In this document: one piece after another, positions 1-8,746 of the stretch | Numbering within the stretch: position 1 is the first letter of the stretch | Layout of the letters: each line of letters starts with the position of its first letter | From: Candidatus Daviesbacteria bacterium | GTDB taxonomy: Bacteria > Patescibacteriota > Microgenomatia > Daviesbacterales > UBA10151 | Length of the DNA stretch: 64,000 bases | NCBI GenBank assembly: GCA_016183245.1 | Contig: JACPEY010000011.1 | Coordinates: forward strand, 5,568 to 69,567 | Reading direction: 5' to 3' | The notes under the pieces: generated by a model | The model's input: the letters and a program-made list of their open reading frames with translations, nothing else | Database searches by the model: none | What the model was told of the DNA's origin: nothing | Translations under genes and position numbers: made by a program

Positions 1-172
1 GTATTGTATTAACAGGCTGGGATGTCGCATCGGGAATAGCAGGGGTCGTATCTACCAGGACTATCTTCTTGTTTGCGGTAAAGCCATTTATTTTACTGCC
101 TGTAAAAACTCCCCAATAAACTACGCACAAGAAGGCTATAAAAAATGTGGTCAAGGAAGACAGATTCTTCAT
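1..172 (-). CDS. Partial CDS (N-terminus only, runs off the window): hypothetical membrane or secreted protein.
   Basis: The minus-strand ATG at 170-172 overlaps the stop of the upstream ferric-reductase-like gene in an ATGA arrangement. The translation MKNLSSLTTFFIAFLCVVYWGVF begins with a hydrophobic segment. Confidence 0.3.
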   Translation of the reverse strand, partial: MKNLSSLTTFFIAFLCVVYWGVFTGSKINGFTANKKIVLVDTTPAIPDATSQPVNTI

Positions 173-1461
173 TTATAACTAAAATCTTCATATATAATGT
201 TTTTTGCAGGAATACTCATTCTTTTAAGTTGTCCGGCAAGATCTTCCATCATCAGTTTTGGGCCGCACAGAAAATAGAGTTTATCCTTAAGTTCTCCAAG
301 AGTATTTCTTATCATTTCTACGTTTAGCCTTCCACCTTTTTCGGTATGAATTACGTTTAAAGATAAGTTTTTTTCAATATATGAAATATTCTCCAGCTCC
401 CGCTGAAACAAAGCAGTCTGCCAGTTTTTGACTGAATAGAACAGGTGCAGATTTTTTACCAGCGGGAGTTTTGCGTCTTTCAGATAATGTAACATGCCTA
501 AAAATGGTGTTATGCCAATTCCTCCAGCTACGCAAACTGCATCTTTTCTGCCGAAAAAACGCTCACAAAACCTGCCGTAGGGTCCCATTAATATTGCCTT
601 CTCCCCTATTTTTAGAGTCTTGAGTTGGGTAGTAAAATCACCGGAGGTTTTTATTGCCAGACGAATACTGTTTTCAGAAGGTGAAGAGGCAATAGAGAAA
701 GGATGGAATTCTTTTCTTACACCTATGCTGTTAAAGCGGACATACGCAAACTGTCCGGGCAGAAACGGCATCTTTTTATTGCAGGGTGCAATAGTTAAAA
801 CTACCACATCTTCAGAATAAACCTTGAGAGTTTCAACCTGATATTCAAAACGCGGACCTATGATCGGGTAAAGAAGGGCCTTATAGATCCAGGAGACATA
901 AGCTATAGCAGTATGTAATATTAAAAAGATGGTTAAAGGAAGATATCTTGAAGAGTCTGAGGAGATAAGCAGCATATGTACTACCCCCAAGCTGAAAGGG
1001 ATAATAAAAAAGCTTTGGATCCGAACAAACCATTGGTAATCAATTGCCAGATATAAAATAGCACTTAAGACAAAACACATTGACCATAGGCTTAATATGC
1101 CTAAATTATATGAAAGTGTTTTACCGGGGAATAGCAGCATAGAAAGTATTGAGGTATTTTGAATATAGTTGAAGACCAGGAAAATAAAATGGGTGATAAT
1201 TAAGATAAAACTTAACCTGCCGCTTATCTGATGGAGTTTGTAAATTTTATCCAACCCGCCGAAGATATTTTCTAAAAATGAGAACCTGCTTGAAAGAAGA
1301 AAAGCATAAGAAAAAAGTATCATCCCAAAAAGTGCAGAAATTTGGGCTACAGCTAAAACAGGCTTTCGGATTAGTACCGAAGGATCATCCTTAGCAAACA
1401 CAAAAAGGATAAAAGTAAACAGTAAAGATAGCGAGATTAAAAAGATCCCTTTTTTTTGCAT
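169..1461 (-). CDS. Ferric-reductase-like transmembrane oxidoreductase with an FAD/NAD(P)-binding domain.
   Basis: The N-terminal half is polytopic membrane. The C-terminal half carries FAD-binding (RFEYQV...HPFSIAS) and NAD-binding (VCVAGGIGITPFLGML) motifs typical of the FRE/NOX family. Confidence 0.65.
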   Translation of the reverse strand: MQKKGIFLISLSLLFTFILFVFAKDDPSVLIRKPVLAVAQISALFGMILFSYAFLLSSRFSFLENIFGGLDKIYKLHQISGRLSFILIITHFIFLVFNYIQNTSILSMLLFPGKTLSYNLGILSLWSMCFVLSAILYLAIDYQWFVRIQSFFIIPFSLGVVHMLLISSDSSRYLPLTIFLILHTAIAYVSWIYKALLYPIIGPRFEYQVETLKVYSEDVVVLTIAPCNKKMPFLPGQFAYVRFNSIGVRKEFHPFSIASSPSENSIRLAIKTSGDFTTQLKTLKIGEKAILMGPYGRFCERFFGRKDAVCVAGGIGITPFLGMLHYLKDAKLPLVKNLHLFYSVKNWQTALFQRELENISYIEKNLSLNVIHTEKGGRLNVEMIRNTLGELKDKLYFLCGPKLMMEDLAGQLKRMSIPAKNIIYEDFSYK

Positions 1462-1793
1462 TATTTTAGAGCTCCGATAACTTTATATTTGTGTTTGATA
1501 ATGGACCCGCCTACCAGATGAAGAGGCCCGCTTGAATCCTTACCAGCCAAATTATGATAGGCTCCTCCTGGCTGATAAAACTCTTTTCCTTCTGTCACAT
1601 CATAAACAAAGCCGTCCAGCGCAAGGTAAATAGGTTTGTCCGGGTTACTGCCGTCAAATTCCTTCAGCTGCTCGGCGGTAAACTGCGGTAAGATGGAGGA
1701 AGTAGTTACAGCAGGAGCAGGAGTTGTCATTCTAAGTCCAAAAATAGTGCCAAACACGGATAAAACAAACACTGCGATAAATATCCTCCTCAT
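1461..1793 (-). CDS. Cytochrome b5-like heme/steroid-binding domain protein.
   Basis: An N-terminal signal/TM is followed by FTAEQLKEFDGSNPDKPIYLALDGFVYDVTEGKEFYQPGGAYHNLAGKDSS, a cyt-b5 fold signature. The start overlaps the ferric-reductase stop. Confidence 0.65.
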   Translation of the reverse strand: MRRIFIAVFVLSVFGTIFGLRMTTPAPAVTTSSILPQFTAEQLKEFDGSNPDKPIYLALDGFVYDVTEGKEFYQPGGAYHNLAGKDSSGPLHLVGGSIIKHKYKVIGALK

Positions 1794-1867
1794 CTTTACT
1801 GATTATTTTACAAAATATAAGATTAAAAACAGATTAAGAAAAAGATCTTTATAAGAGATACATTAAT

Positions 1868-2731
1868 TTGCTCTTACGCTCTGCGAATGATATTATACGC
1901 ACTAATATGTCAAATCCAAAAAGTCCTGAGGGAGGCAAAAGAGAACCGTATAATGCAAGTCTTCCAGCTGGACACGGTAAGTGGAGAAAAGAAGTTTCAG
2001 ATGATGAATTGCCTACAGAGGAAGAATTGCAGAAGTTGATATATGGTGATCCACCACTAGCAGCTTTCACTCAAGATAATTCGGATCAAGAAGGTGGTTT
2101 GGTAACATTCCCAGGAAGTGGTTTCCTGCCTTTTGCTCCTGGAACCCGTCGCCCCACTAGTGCTCTTGGTGGACATCGTTGGTCTTGGACTGAACGTGCT
2201 ACAGAAAATCCTTCTGTAGTTCAACCTTCTAAAGAAGATACGGGATTTAGAGAACCAAGAAGAATCAATGAGATAAGGCCAGAAGAGATAGAAACATATT
2301 TGGCTGTACCAGGTTGGCGTATTTGGGTGAGACGTCATTCCGATACCCAAGAATTCTGTTTAAGTGCCCAAGAAGCTGGAGCAAGAGAATTATCCTTAAC
2401 AACTGATGTGTATGGTAAAGGTTATGATCCAATACATTCCAAACTTGAAGCTATTGATAGACAACTACATCCTAATGGTCCAAGATTGCCATTTGGGTAC
2501 AGAAGTTCTATTTGTACCACATACCTACCATGGTATATTCTAGAGCCTTTAACTGCAGATGAAGTGAAGACTATTGACGAATTAGGGGAAGCTTCAGGTC
2601 CAGCAAGTTCTATTGATAGAGCGGCAGAAATCTTGAGACCAGATGAATTAAAAAAGATCTTAGAAGAACCAGATATTCCTTCGTCTAGGAATCGGTTCCG
2701 TCCTATTCAATTTCCGCCAGCAACGATATAA
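1868..2731 (+). CDS. Hypothetical acidic protein with no recognisable domain, in a region of atypical composition.
   Basis: A long intact ORF whose GC is visibly higher than its neighbours. A REP copy lies immediately downstream. Confidence 0.4.
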   Translation: MLLRSANDIIRTNMSNPKSPEGGKREPYNASLPAGHGKWRKEVSDDELPTEEELQKLIYGDPPLAAFTQDNSDQEGGLVTFPGSGFLPFAPGTRRPTSALGGHRWSWTERATENPSVVQPSKEDTGFREPRRINEIRPEEIETYLAVPGWRIWVRRHSDTQEFCLSAQEAGARELSLTTDVYGKGYDPIHSKLEAIDRQLHPNGPRLPFGYRSSICTTYLPWYILEPLTADEVKTIDELGEASGPASSIDRAAEILRPDELKKILEEPDIPSSRNRFRPIQFPPATI

Positions 2732-2743
2732 TCCTTAAAATAT

Positions 2744-2775
2744 GTCAATACAAATCCACCCCCCCCAGGTGGAAA
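2744..2775. repeat. REP-like palindromic element (CCACCCCCCCCAGGTGGA core), copy 1, intergenic.
   Basis: The sequence tgtcaatacaaatccaccccccccaggtgga shares the CCACC-Cn-AGGTGG core with 5 other copies in the window. Confidence 0.6.
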
Positions 2776-2839
2776 ATATGAATTTGGGGTACAAATATAT
2801 GTTTCGTTTAAGGTAGTAAGAGATTGCAAAGTGAAAATT

Positions 2840-4702
2840 TTAGAATACATTATCGAATCTTTTGTGAGTCATAACTTCTTCTAAAATTACTGCTTTTGTT
2901 TTTGGGTTAATATAGTAAACTGTTCTTAGCTTCTCAGAAAATTGTTTATTTCCAAAAGGTAATCTTCTGGTGTCGCCCCGGAAACTTCGAAGCGACATTT
3001 TTTGACCGTTTTCAAAAATAGCAGATGCACTCTTTATTTTATAAGTCCCGGAACCAAAAGGATCTTCCTGCAGCGATTCAAGTATGAGTTTTATATCGCT
3101 TCTTAACCTCTGATCTCCAGGTATTAAATCGTTTGCAATTTCTTCTGCAAGAAGTCCTATATCTTGAATTTCAACTGTCTGACCGTGATAAATCAGCGCA
3201 TAATTTTCTTTTTCTTCTTGTTCGTGGGGTAAGGATTCAGTTGAAAGATCAGGCATTTCCTGACGGCCAGTAATAAGTGCAATAGACCTGAATGCTCGTC
3301 TCTTAGGAGATTTAGAAACATGCTTTATGGAATCTGATTCCTGGCTGGGAGAAGCAGGCATTGAAGGGGTATATCGTGGAAGCGGTTTGAATTCCACTAG
3401 AGGATTTCCTGTTCTGGCTTCTCTAAGAACAGGAGTTAATAAGTTCTGTATTAATAGATTGGCTGAAGCAGAATTGTCTTTCTGGAGTTGAGGAGGAACC
3501 CCAAGAAGTTGGCCATTTTGAACTAAATCTAAAGTAACAAAAACTTGTTCATCTTCAGTTATACCCACAATAGTGAGAGTTTTACCATATAGCGCTCCTA
3601 CTAAAATTTCATTAAAAAAAATATCTGTCTGGATTGGTATCCTGAGAAATCCATCTTTTGAAGCTTGAGCAGCACCTCTCAGATGTTTGTGATATAAGAC
3701 GGTAGCTTTTATTAGAGTTTCTGTTGTAGTATTTAAAGATGTCTTTTCAGCTTGACTCATTTTTGTCTGATCACGGTATGTTTGGCGTAGTATTTTAGCT
3801 AGTTTGGCTTCAGATCCTGGATTGGTATATTGGTACTTAGCGATTGCTTGGGGTATTTGTGCGGGGGACATGGTTTGCAAAAGAGATGTCATTGTGTGGA
3901 AGAAACCACTATTTCGTATGAAATGTCTAAATATTGAAGGGTTTAGGTTTTCCGTATGGGCATCGATCAGGCGGTAAGTAGATGAGGGTGTAATGTGAAG
4001 CCTAGCCGGGATAAAGCTAAGTAGCGCCCAGGGTAAATGATTTCCAGGTACCATCTTCAGCATAAAAAAGGGGGACTCATCTTTTTGATCATAGTTTAAA
4101 GCCCAGGCAGTGTAATACTCCCAATAATTTTTAAGCCTTTGTATTAATAGTCTTGCCTGATCTGAAATGGGAACTTTAGGGAAGAGCGTTGCTTGAGTAG
4201 CTGCTAAGTTAACCACACTTTGGATATAGAATGTTGGATCCCGGGGTTGACCTTCTTTTGTCTGGACTGGCTTAGTCCATTTATCAATCATTCGATCGAT
4301 TCGGGTAATATCCCTCGTACTCAAAGGAAGAGACATCTGACTTATATCTTTTAGAGAAGTGCCGTTGACCCGAAAGACTAGAGGATTGGCAGCAATATTT
4401 TTTTCTACACAAGCTTTTGTTGCACTCCATGAGCCCCCAGAAGTTACCAGAGGCATGCTATCTAGAAGTCGTTTGGTATCATCTAGGTATCCGGTATAGC
4501 CTGCCCATTGTGAGATTGTATGTAACAAAGTTGGCGGTCTGCTATAAACCCCAAGGTAATAATTGCCATCATCTTCCCTTATAGCTTGGTCCCATTGCCT
4601 AACAGTTTCTTGGATATTTCTCTCGAAAGTATTTAAACAAGTGATATATCTAATGGCTTGATGACTTTTGGCTTGATGACTTTGATTTTTAGTTCTCTCC
4701 AT
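2840..4702 (-). CDS. Hypothetical 620-aa protein. The C-terminal ~60 aa weakly resemble a RelE/ParE-fold toxin.
   Basis: A long ORF of atypical, higher GC. The C-terminus RLPFGNKQFSEKLRTVYYINPKTKAVILEEVMTHKRF resembles the RelE core YRLVYQVIDEKVVVFVISVGKRE. No signal peptide is present. Confidence 0.45.
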   Translation of the reverse strand: MERTKNQSHQAKSHQAIRYITCLNTFERNIQETVRQWDQAIREDDGNYYLGVYSRPPTLLHTISQWAGYTGYLDDTKRLLDSMPLVTSGGSWSATKACVEKNIAANPLVFRVNGTSLKDISQMSLPLSTRDITRIDRMIDKWTKPVQTKEGQPRDPTFYIQSVVNLAATQATLFPKVPISDQARLLIQRLKNYWEYYTAWALNYDQKDESPFFMLKMVPGNHLPWALLSFIPARLHITPSSTYRLIDAHTENLNPSIFRHFIRNSGFFHTMTSLLQTMSPAQIPQAIAKYQYTNPGSEAKLAKILRQTYRDQTKMSQAEKTSLNTTTETLIKATVLYHKHLRGAAQASKDGFLRIPIQTDIFFNEILVGALYGKTLTIVGITEDEQVFVTLDLVQNGQLLGVPPQLQKDNSASANLLIQNLLTPVLREARTGNPLVEFKPLPRYTPSMPASPSQESDSIKHVSKSPKRRAFRSIALITGRQEMPDLSTESLPHEQEEKENYALIYHGQTVEIQDIGLLAEEIANDLIPGDQRLRSDIKLILESLQEDPFGSGTYKIKSASAIFENGQKMSLRSFRGDTRRLPFGNKQFSEKLRTVYYINPKTKAVILEEVMTHKRFDNVF

Positions 4703-4765
4703 AGGCTAAAAATTATATCAGTTTAGACCTATAATATCAAATAATCGCATTCAGAGGCAAAAAAT

Positions 4766-5572
4766 TTAGAAAAAATTGTTCTGGTATAAAAACTTGGCGA
4801 TTTTTTCACTGATAAAATAAACTCCGGTTGGGGAAGGGTGAATAAAATCATTGGAATTTATATAATCAATATTTCCCGTGCCGTTTTTATCAAGTGACTG
4901 CTCGTAGATATTTACTAAGGGGATATTATGTATCTTTGCATATTTTATATGGTTTTTAATGTAAGAGACCCGTTCTTCTGCCCACTCCCGTCTTTTTTCA
5001 TCAGTTAAATTCGTTGTTCCTTCAGCATATCTTTCGTTGTTAGGAGCAATGGTAGCTACAAATACAATACTTGATTTAGGATGTTTTTGGGTAATTGAGG
5101 CAATAATTTTATCTAAAGCCTCTTCTTGTAATTTCAGCCCTTCTTCCAAAGGATATTCTGAAAGGGGATTGTGGCCAAAAGATTCAATTAAAATCAGGTC
5201 AAAGGGAATATTATTAATTGCCTGGAAAATTCTGCCTGCATGATCGCTGTCTCTTTCCAGCCTGTCTAAAACAGACAAGATATTTGTTGAGCCAAAACCA
5301 TAATTTAAGAGCAGGAATTTTTTATCAGGAAAAAATTTCTTTAAGTAACCTCTGAGTTCATCAAAATTTCCTAAATACTCCGTCATAGAATCCCCCACAA
5401 AAACAATAGTAGGATTGGGGTTTTTTGATTGGGTAATGCCAAGTGTTGTCTTTCGCTCAGGTATTTGTTTTTGAAAAAAATAAATAGTTGCAAAAAGGGG
5501 AATCAGGGAAATGAAGATTAAGATAAGGATAAATTTTTTTCTTTTTAGCATGAGTATTAACAATAATACCAA
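4766..5572 (-). CDS. SGNH/GDSL-family hydrolase, membrane-anchored.
   Basis: An N-terminal TM is followed by the GDS motif (IVFVGDSMTEYLGN) and a C-terminal DxxH block (DFIHPSPTG). Confidence 0.6.
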   Translation of the reverse strand: MVLLLILMLKRKKFILILIFISLIPLFATIYFFQKQIPERKTTLGITQSKNPNPTIVFVGDSMTEYLGNFDELRGYLKKFFPDKKFLLLNYGFGSTNILSVLDRLERDSDHAGRIFQAINNIPFDLILIESFGHNPLSEYPLEEGLKLQEEALDKIIASITQKHPKSSIVFVATIAPNNERYAEGTTNLTDEKRREWAEERVSYIKNHIKYAKIHNIPLVNIYEQSLDKNGTGNIDYINSNDFIHPSPTGVYFISEKIAKFLYQNNFF

Positions 5573-5575
5573 AAA

Positions 5576-7651
5576 TCATAATGGGATATTTTTCTGGGAA
5601 GCGCTGGGGGAAGGACGCGGTGAGGGATTGGGTTTTACCGGAATGCAGCCCTTTTCAGGTTCAGTGCTTTTGACATAATATTCCGTGGCAGAAGGTGTGG
5701 CTACTTTGGTAAGATCTACACCGCATGGGCCAATTTTTATTATACCCTCAGGAGGCTTAAATTCTTCTTGAGGTGTTCCTTTTGTAAATTCTTCCATTAA
5801 ATCTTTCCAGATAGGCGCTGCCCCTAAAGATCCGGCTATACCGTCCATAGGTTCGTTATAGTTATTTCCCACCCACACGCCTACAACTAAGCCGGGGGTA
5901 TAGCCAATTGTCCAGGCATCTTTAAAATCTTCAGTTGTGCCGGTTTTGACTGCAGCCGGCCGTGAGATATTTAAAGTATTGCCAAACACTTCTGCCCGGG
6001 TTTTATTATCAGACAGTATTGAAGATATTAAGAAAGCATATTTTTCGTTCACTACTTGTCTGGTATCAGGTTCATACCTGTAGATTAAATCGCCTCTTTT
6101 ATTTATAATTTCCAAAACAGCAGTCGGATTATTCCTGTATCCGTTATTTGCAAATACAGCATAAGCATTGGTAAGTTCCAAAAGTTTGACTTCACCTGCA
6201 CCTAAAACCAGTGATAAACCATAATCTGCAGGGTTTCTTAAGGTAGTGATGCCTAAATTCTTTGCCGAATCCAAAGCTTTCTCTATGCCTAATTTTTTAA
6301 GTACTGCTACAGATGGGATGTTTAAAGAATTTGCTAAAGCCCGTCTTACACTTACTGGTCCTCTGAACTTGCGGTCAAAATCTACAGGTTTATAAAAAGC
6401 ATTCGGGTCTTTTGCAAGCGAAGCTAAAGCAGCAGTCCGGGTCGGGAATGAAGCAAAAAATTTATCTTCATCAAAATTTGCAAAAGTAGTAGGTTCGTCT
6501 TTTAAGACAGTGGCCGGTGTAATAAGGCTGTCTTCAAATGCTTTGATATAGACAATAGGTTTAAAAGCAGATCCCGGCGGCCGCGGAGAGAGGGCAATAT
6601 TGACTTTACCAAAAATGTCATTATTCCAGTCTTTGCTGCCAACCATGGCTTTGATTTCAGCAGTTTTGGGATCTAAAACTACGGCTGCACCGTTTGAAGC
6701 ACGGTTTACCCGAAGTGTTTCTACATGTTTTGCGACCGCGTTTTCAGCATACTTTTGCCAATCTAAATCAATGGTAGTTTTAACTTTAAAACCAGCCCTG
6801 GCTATAACTTCTTCCCCGTATTGCCTGATAAGTTCATCCCTTACCATGATGGCAAAGTGGGGGGCAGTATTGTTTAAGTCGTTTTGATGGAGTTTGATTT
6901 CCAAATTTTCTTCCAAAGCCTCATCTTTTTGTTGAACAGTTATAAATTTTTGCTCTACCATCCTTTCCAGGACAATTCTTTGTCTGTTTTTAACTTCGTT
7001 TAGATTCCCGTTTAATAAAGAAAGGCGGGAAGGGGCAGGCAGGATTGATGCTAAAGCAGCGCTTTGGGCCAGGTTTAAATCACTTGCCTGTTTGTCAAAA
7101 TAAGTATTGGCTGCTTCTTCTATCCCAAAAGACCCTTCACCAAAATAAACTGAATTTAGATACATCTCCAGGATCTGGTTTTTGGAGTATCTTCTTTCAA
7201 GCTCCTGGGCTAAAATTATTTCCTGGTATTTCCGTAAAATTTCCTTTCTGGGATTAAGGAGGGAATTTTTAACAAGCTGCTGGGTAATGGTTGAAGCGCC
7301 GTACGAAAGGTTTTTCCCCTGAAGGTTATCAAAAAAAGCACGGGCAATGGAAAGTGGTGAAAATCCCGGGTGGGAGTAAAAATTTTTGTCTTCGGCAGCA
7401 ATGATGGCAAGCTGGGTAACTTTGGGGATATCAGATAATAAAATTTGCTTTTTAAGCTTGGCATCATAGAATGTAAAAAAGGGGCGGTTTTTAGTATCGA
7501 ATAATTTAAGTCCGGTGTCGTTATGGTTTATCAGGGTTTCTTTGGGAGCCAGTTCTGAAGCAAAATGAAGGTATGTAAAAATTGTTACGGAACACACAAA
7601 TATAGTGATGCCGAAAAAAGCTGCTAAAAGATCATGGCGTAACCACCTCAT
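5576..7651 (-). CDS. mrcA: Class A penicillin-binding protein (PBP1A, transglycosylase plus transpeptidase).
   Basis: GT51 motifs (AAEDKNFYSHPG, TITQQL) and the transpeptidase motifs SxxK (GSAFKP) and KTGTT are present. Confidence 0.85.
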   Translation of the reverse strand: MRWLRHDLLAAFFGITIFVCSVTIFTYLHFASELAPKETLINHNDTGLKLFDTKNRPFFTFYDAKLKKQILLSDIPKVTQLAIIAAEDKNFYSHPGFSPLSIARAFFDNLQGKNLSYGASTITQQLVKNSLLNPRKEILRKYQEIILAQELERRYSKNQILEMYLNSVYFGEGSFGIEEAANTYFDKQASDLNLAQSAALASILPAPSRLSLLNGNLNEVKNRQRIVLERMVEQKFITVQQKDEALEENLEIKLHQNDLNNTAPHFAIMVRDELIRQYGEEVIARAGFKVKTTIDLDWQKYAENAVAKHVETLRVNRASNGAAVVLDPKTAEIKAMVGSKDWNNDIFGKVNIALSPRPPGSAFKPIVYIKAFEDSLITPATVLKDEPTTFANFDEDKFFASFPTRTAALASLAKDPNAFYKPVDFDRKFRGPVSVRRALANSLNIPSVAVLKKLGIEKALDSAKNLGITTLRNPADYGLSLVLGAGEVKLLELTNAYAVFANNGYRNNPTAVLEIINKRGDLIYRYEPDTRQVVNEKYAFLISSILSDNKTRAEVFGNTLNISRPAAVKTGTTEDFKDAWTIGYTPGLVVGVWVGNNYNEPMDGIAGSLGAAPIWKDLMEEFTKGTPQEEFKPPEGIIKIGPCGVDLTKVATPSATEYYVKSTEPEKGCIPVKPNPSPRPSPSASQKNIPL

Positions 7652-7717
7652 GTATCAAGCTTAATCAGTTTTTGTGGAAAAAATATGAGAATATCCAGAG
7701 AAATGTGTAAGAGCTGG

Positions 7718-8746
7718 TTATTTGAAATATTTCCAGGTTTCGTATTTGCTCTGTAGTTGGTCTTCGGTGACACCTACTGGTTTGAGTCCGGCAACTTTAT
7801 TAAATCCCAAGTCCAAAAGCTCGGCTGTCCACAGGTCCCTTTCTAAAACTCCCGGGGCCCCTAACAAAACTGCTAAAATTTTGCTGCCTTCTCTTTCCGA
7901 CACCACAATTGTAGAGTGGCCTGCTTTTCCTGTATTGCCAATTTTTACTCCCGAAACATTAGGGTAAACACCTATCAGTCCGTTCCAGTTATTTAAATAA
8001 AACCTTAAATCAGTGGCATTTTTGGTTAAGTCCTCAAAGGGTTTTGATACGATTTGGGCAATTTCCGGGTATTCCTTTAATGCGTAAGCGGAGAGCGTGG
8101 TTAAGTCTTCCGTGCTGCTGAAATGATTGCTGTCATCATAACCTTCGGCATTGGTAAAATGGGTGTTTTTCAGGCCTAAAATTTGGGCCTTTAAATTCAT
8201 AGCTTTAATAAAAGTTCCTGGTTCATACTTTAAATCTATTCCTTCTTTAATTACTTCAGCGCTGTCATTGGCAGAAGATATCAGCATATGTTTTAAAAGA
8301 TCCAAAATACTAAATACCTCTCCTTCTTTCAGCATTACTTTAGTCGGAATTTGAGATGCAGCTTTTTCTGAAACGCTAAATTTCTCATCTGGTTTTGTCA
8401 GGTCAAGCGCCACAATTGCTGTCATAATTTTTGTAAGTGATGCAACAGGCAGCCTTTTTGATGGATTTTTAGCGGTAATGATTTGCCCGCTGCTCAAATC
8501 TGCCACAGTATAGGCTCGGGCCTCTTCATAATCAGACCCGGCAAAAACAGCAGAAATTAGTTGTTTTTTGATTTGAAAATAATTCTGTCTGGTTTCGAGT
8601 TTAGTTTTAACCTGTTCTAAAATACCAACAGGTTTTGGCATGGGGTTAATAAGTCTTTTACTAATCCCAAGATGAGGCATAACCACCATTAAAAAAGTCA
8701 AAAGCAGACCGGTAGAAAATATTCTGATAGATCTTGTTGTAAGCAT
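7718..8746 (-). CDS. dacA: D-alanyl-D-alanine carboxypeptidase (S11, PBP5-like).
   Basis: SxxK (ASLTKIMTA), SxN (SSAND) and KTG-like (KIGNTGKAG) motifs are present, together with an N-terminal signal. Confidence 0.8.
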   Translation of the reverse strand: MLTTRSIRIFSTGLLLTFLMVVMPHLGISKRLINPMPKPVGILEQVKTKLETRQNYFQIKKQLISAVFAGSDYEEARAYTVADLSSGQIITAKNPSKRLPVASLTKIMTAIVALDLTKPDEKFSVSEKAASQIPTKVMLKEGEVFSILDLLKHMLISSANDSAEVIKEGIDLKYEPGTFIKAMNLKAQILGLKNTHFTNAEGYDDSNHFSSTEDLTTLSAYALKEYPEIAQIVSKPFEDLTKNATDLRFYLNNWNGLIGVYPNVSGVKIGNTGKAGHSTIVVSEREGSKILAVLLGAPGVLERDLWTAELLDLGFNKVAGLKPVGVTEDQLQSKYETWKYFK

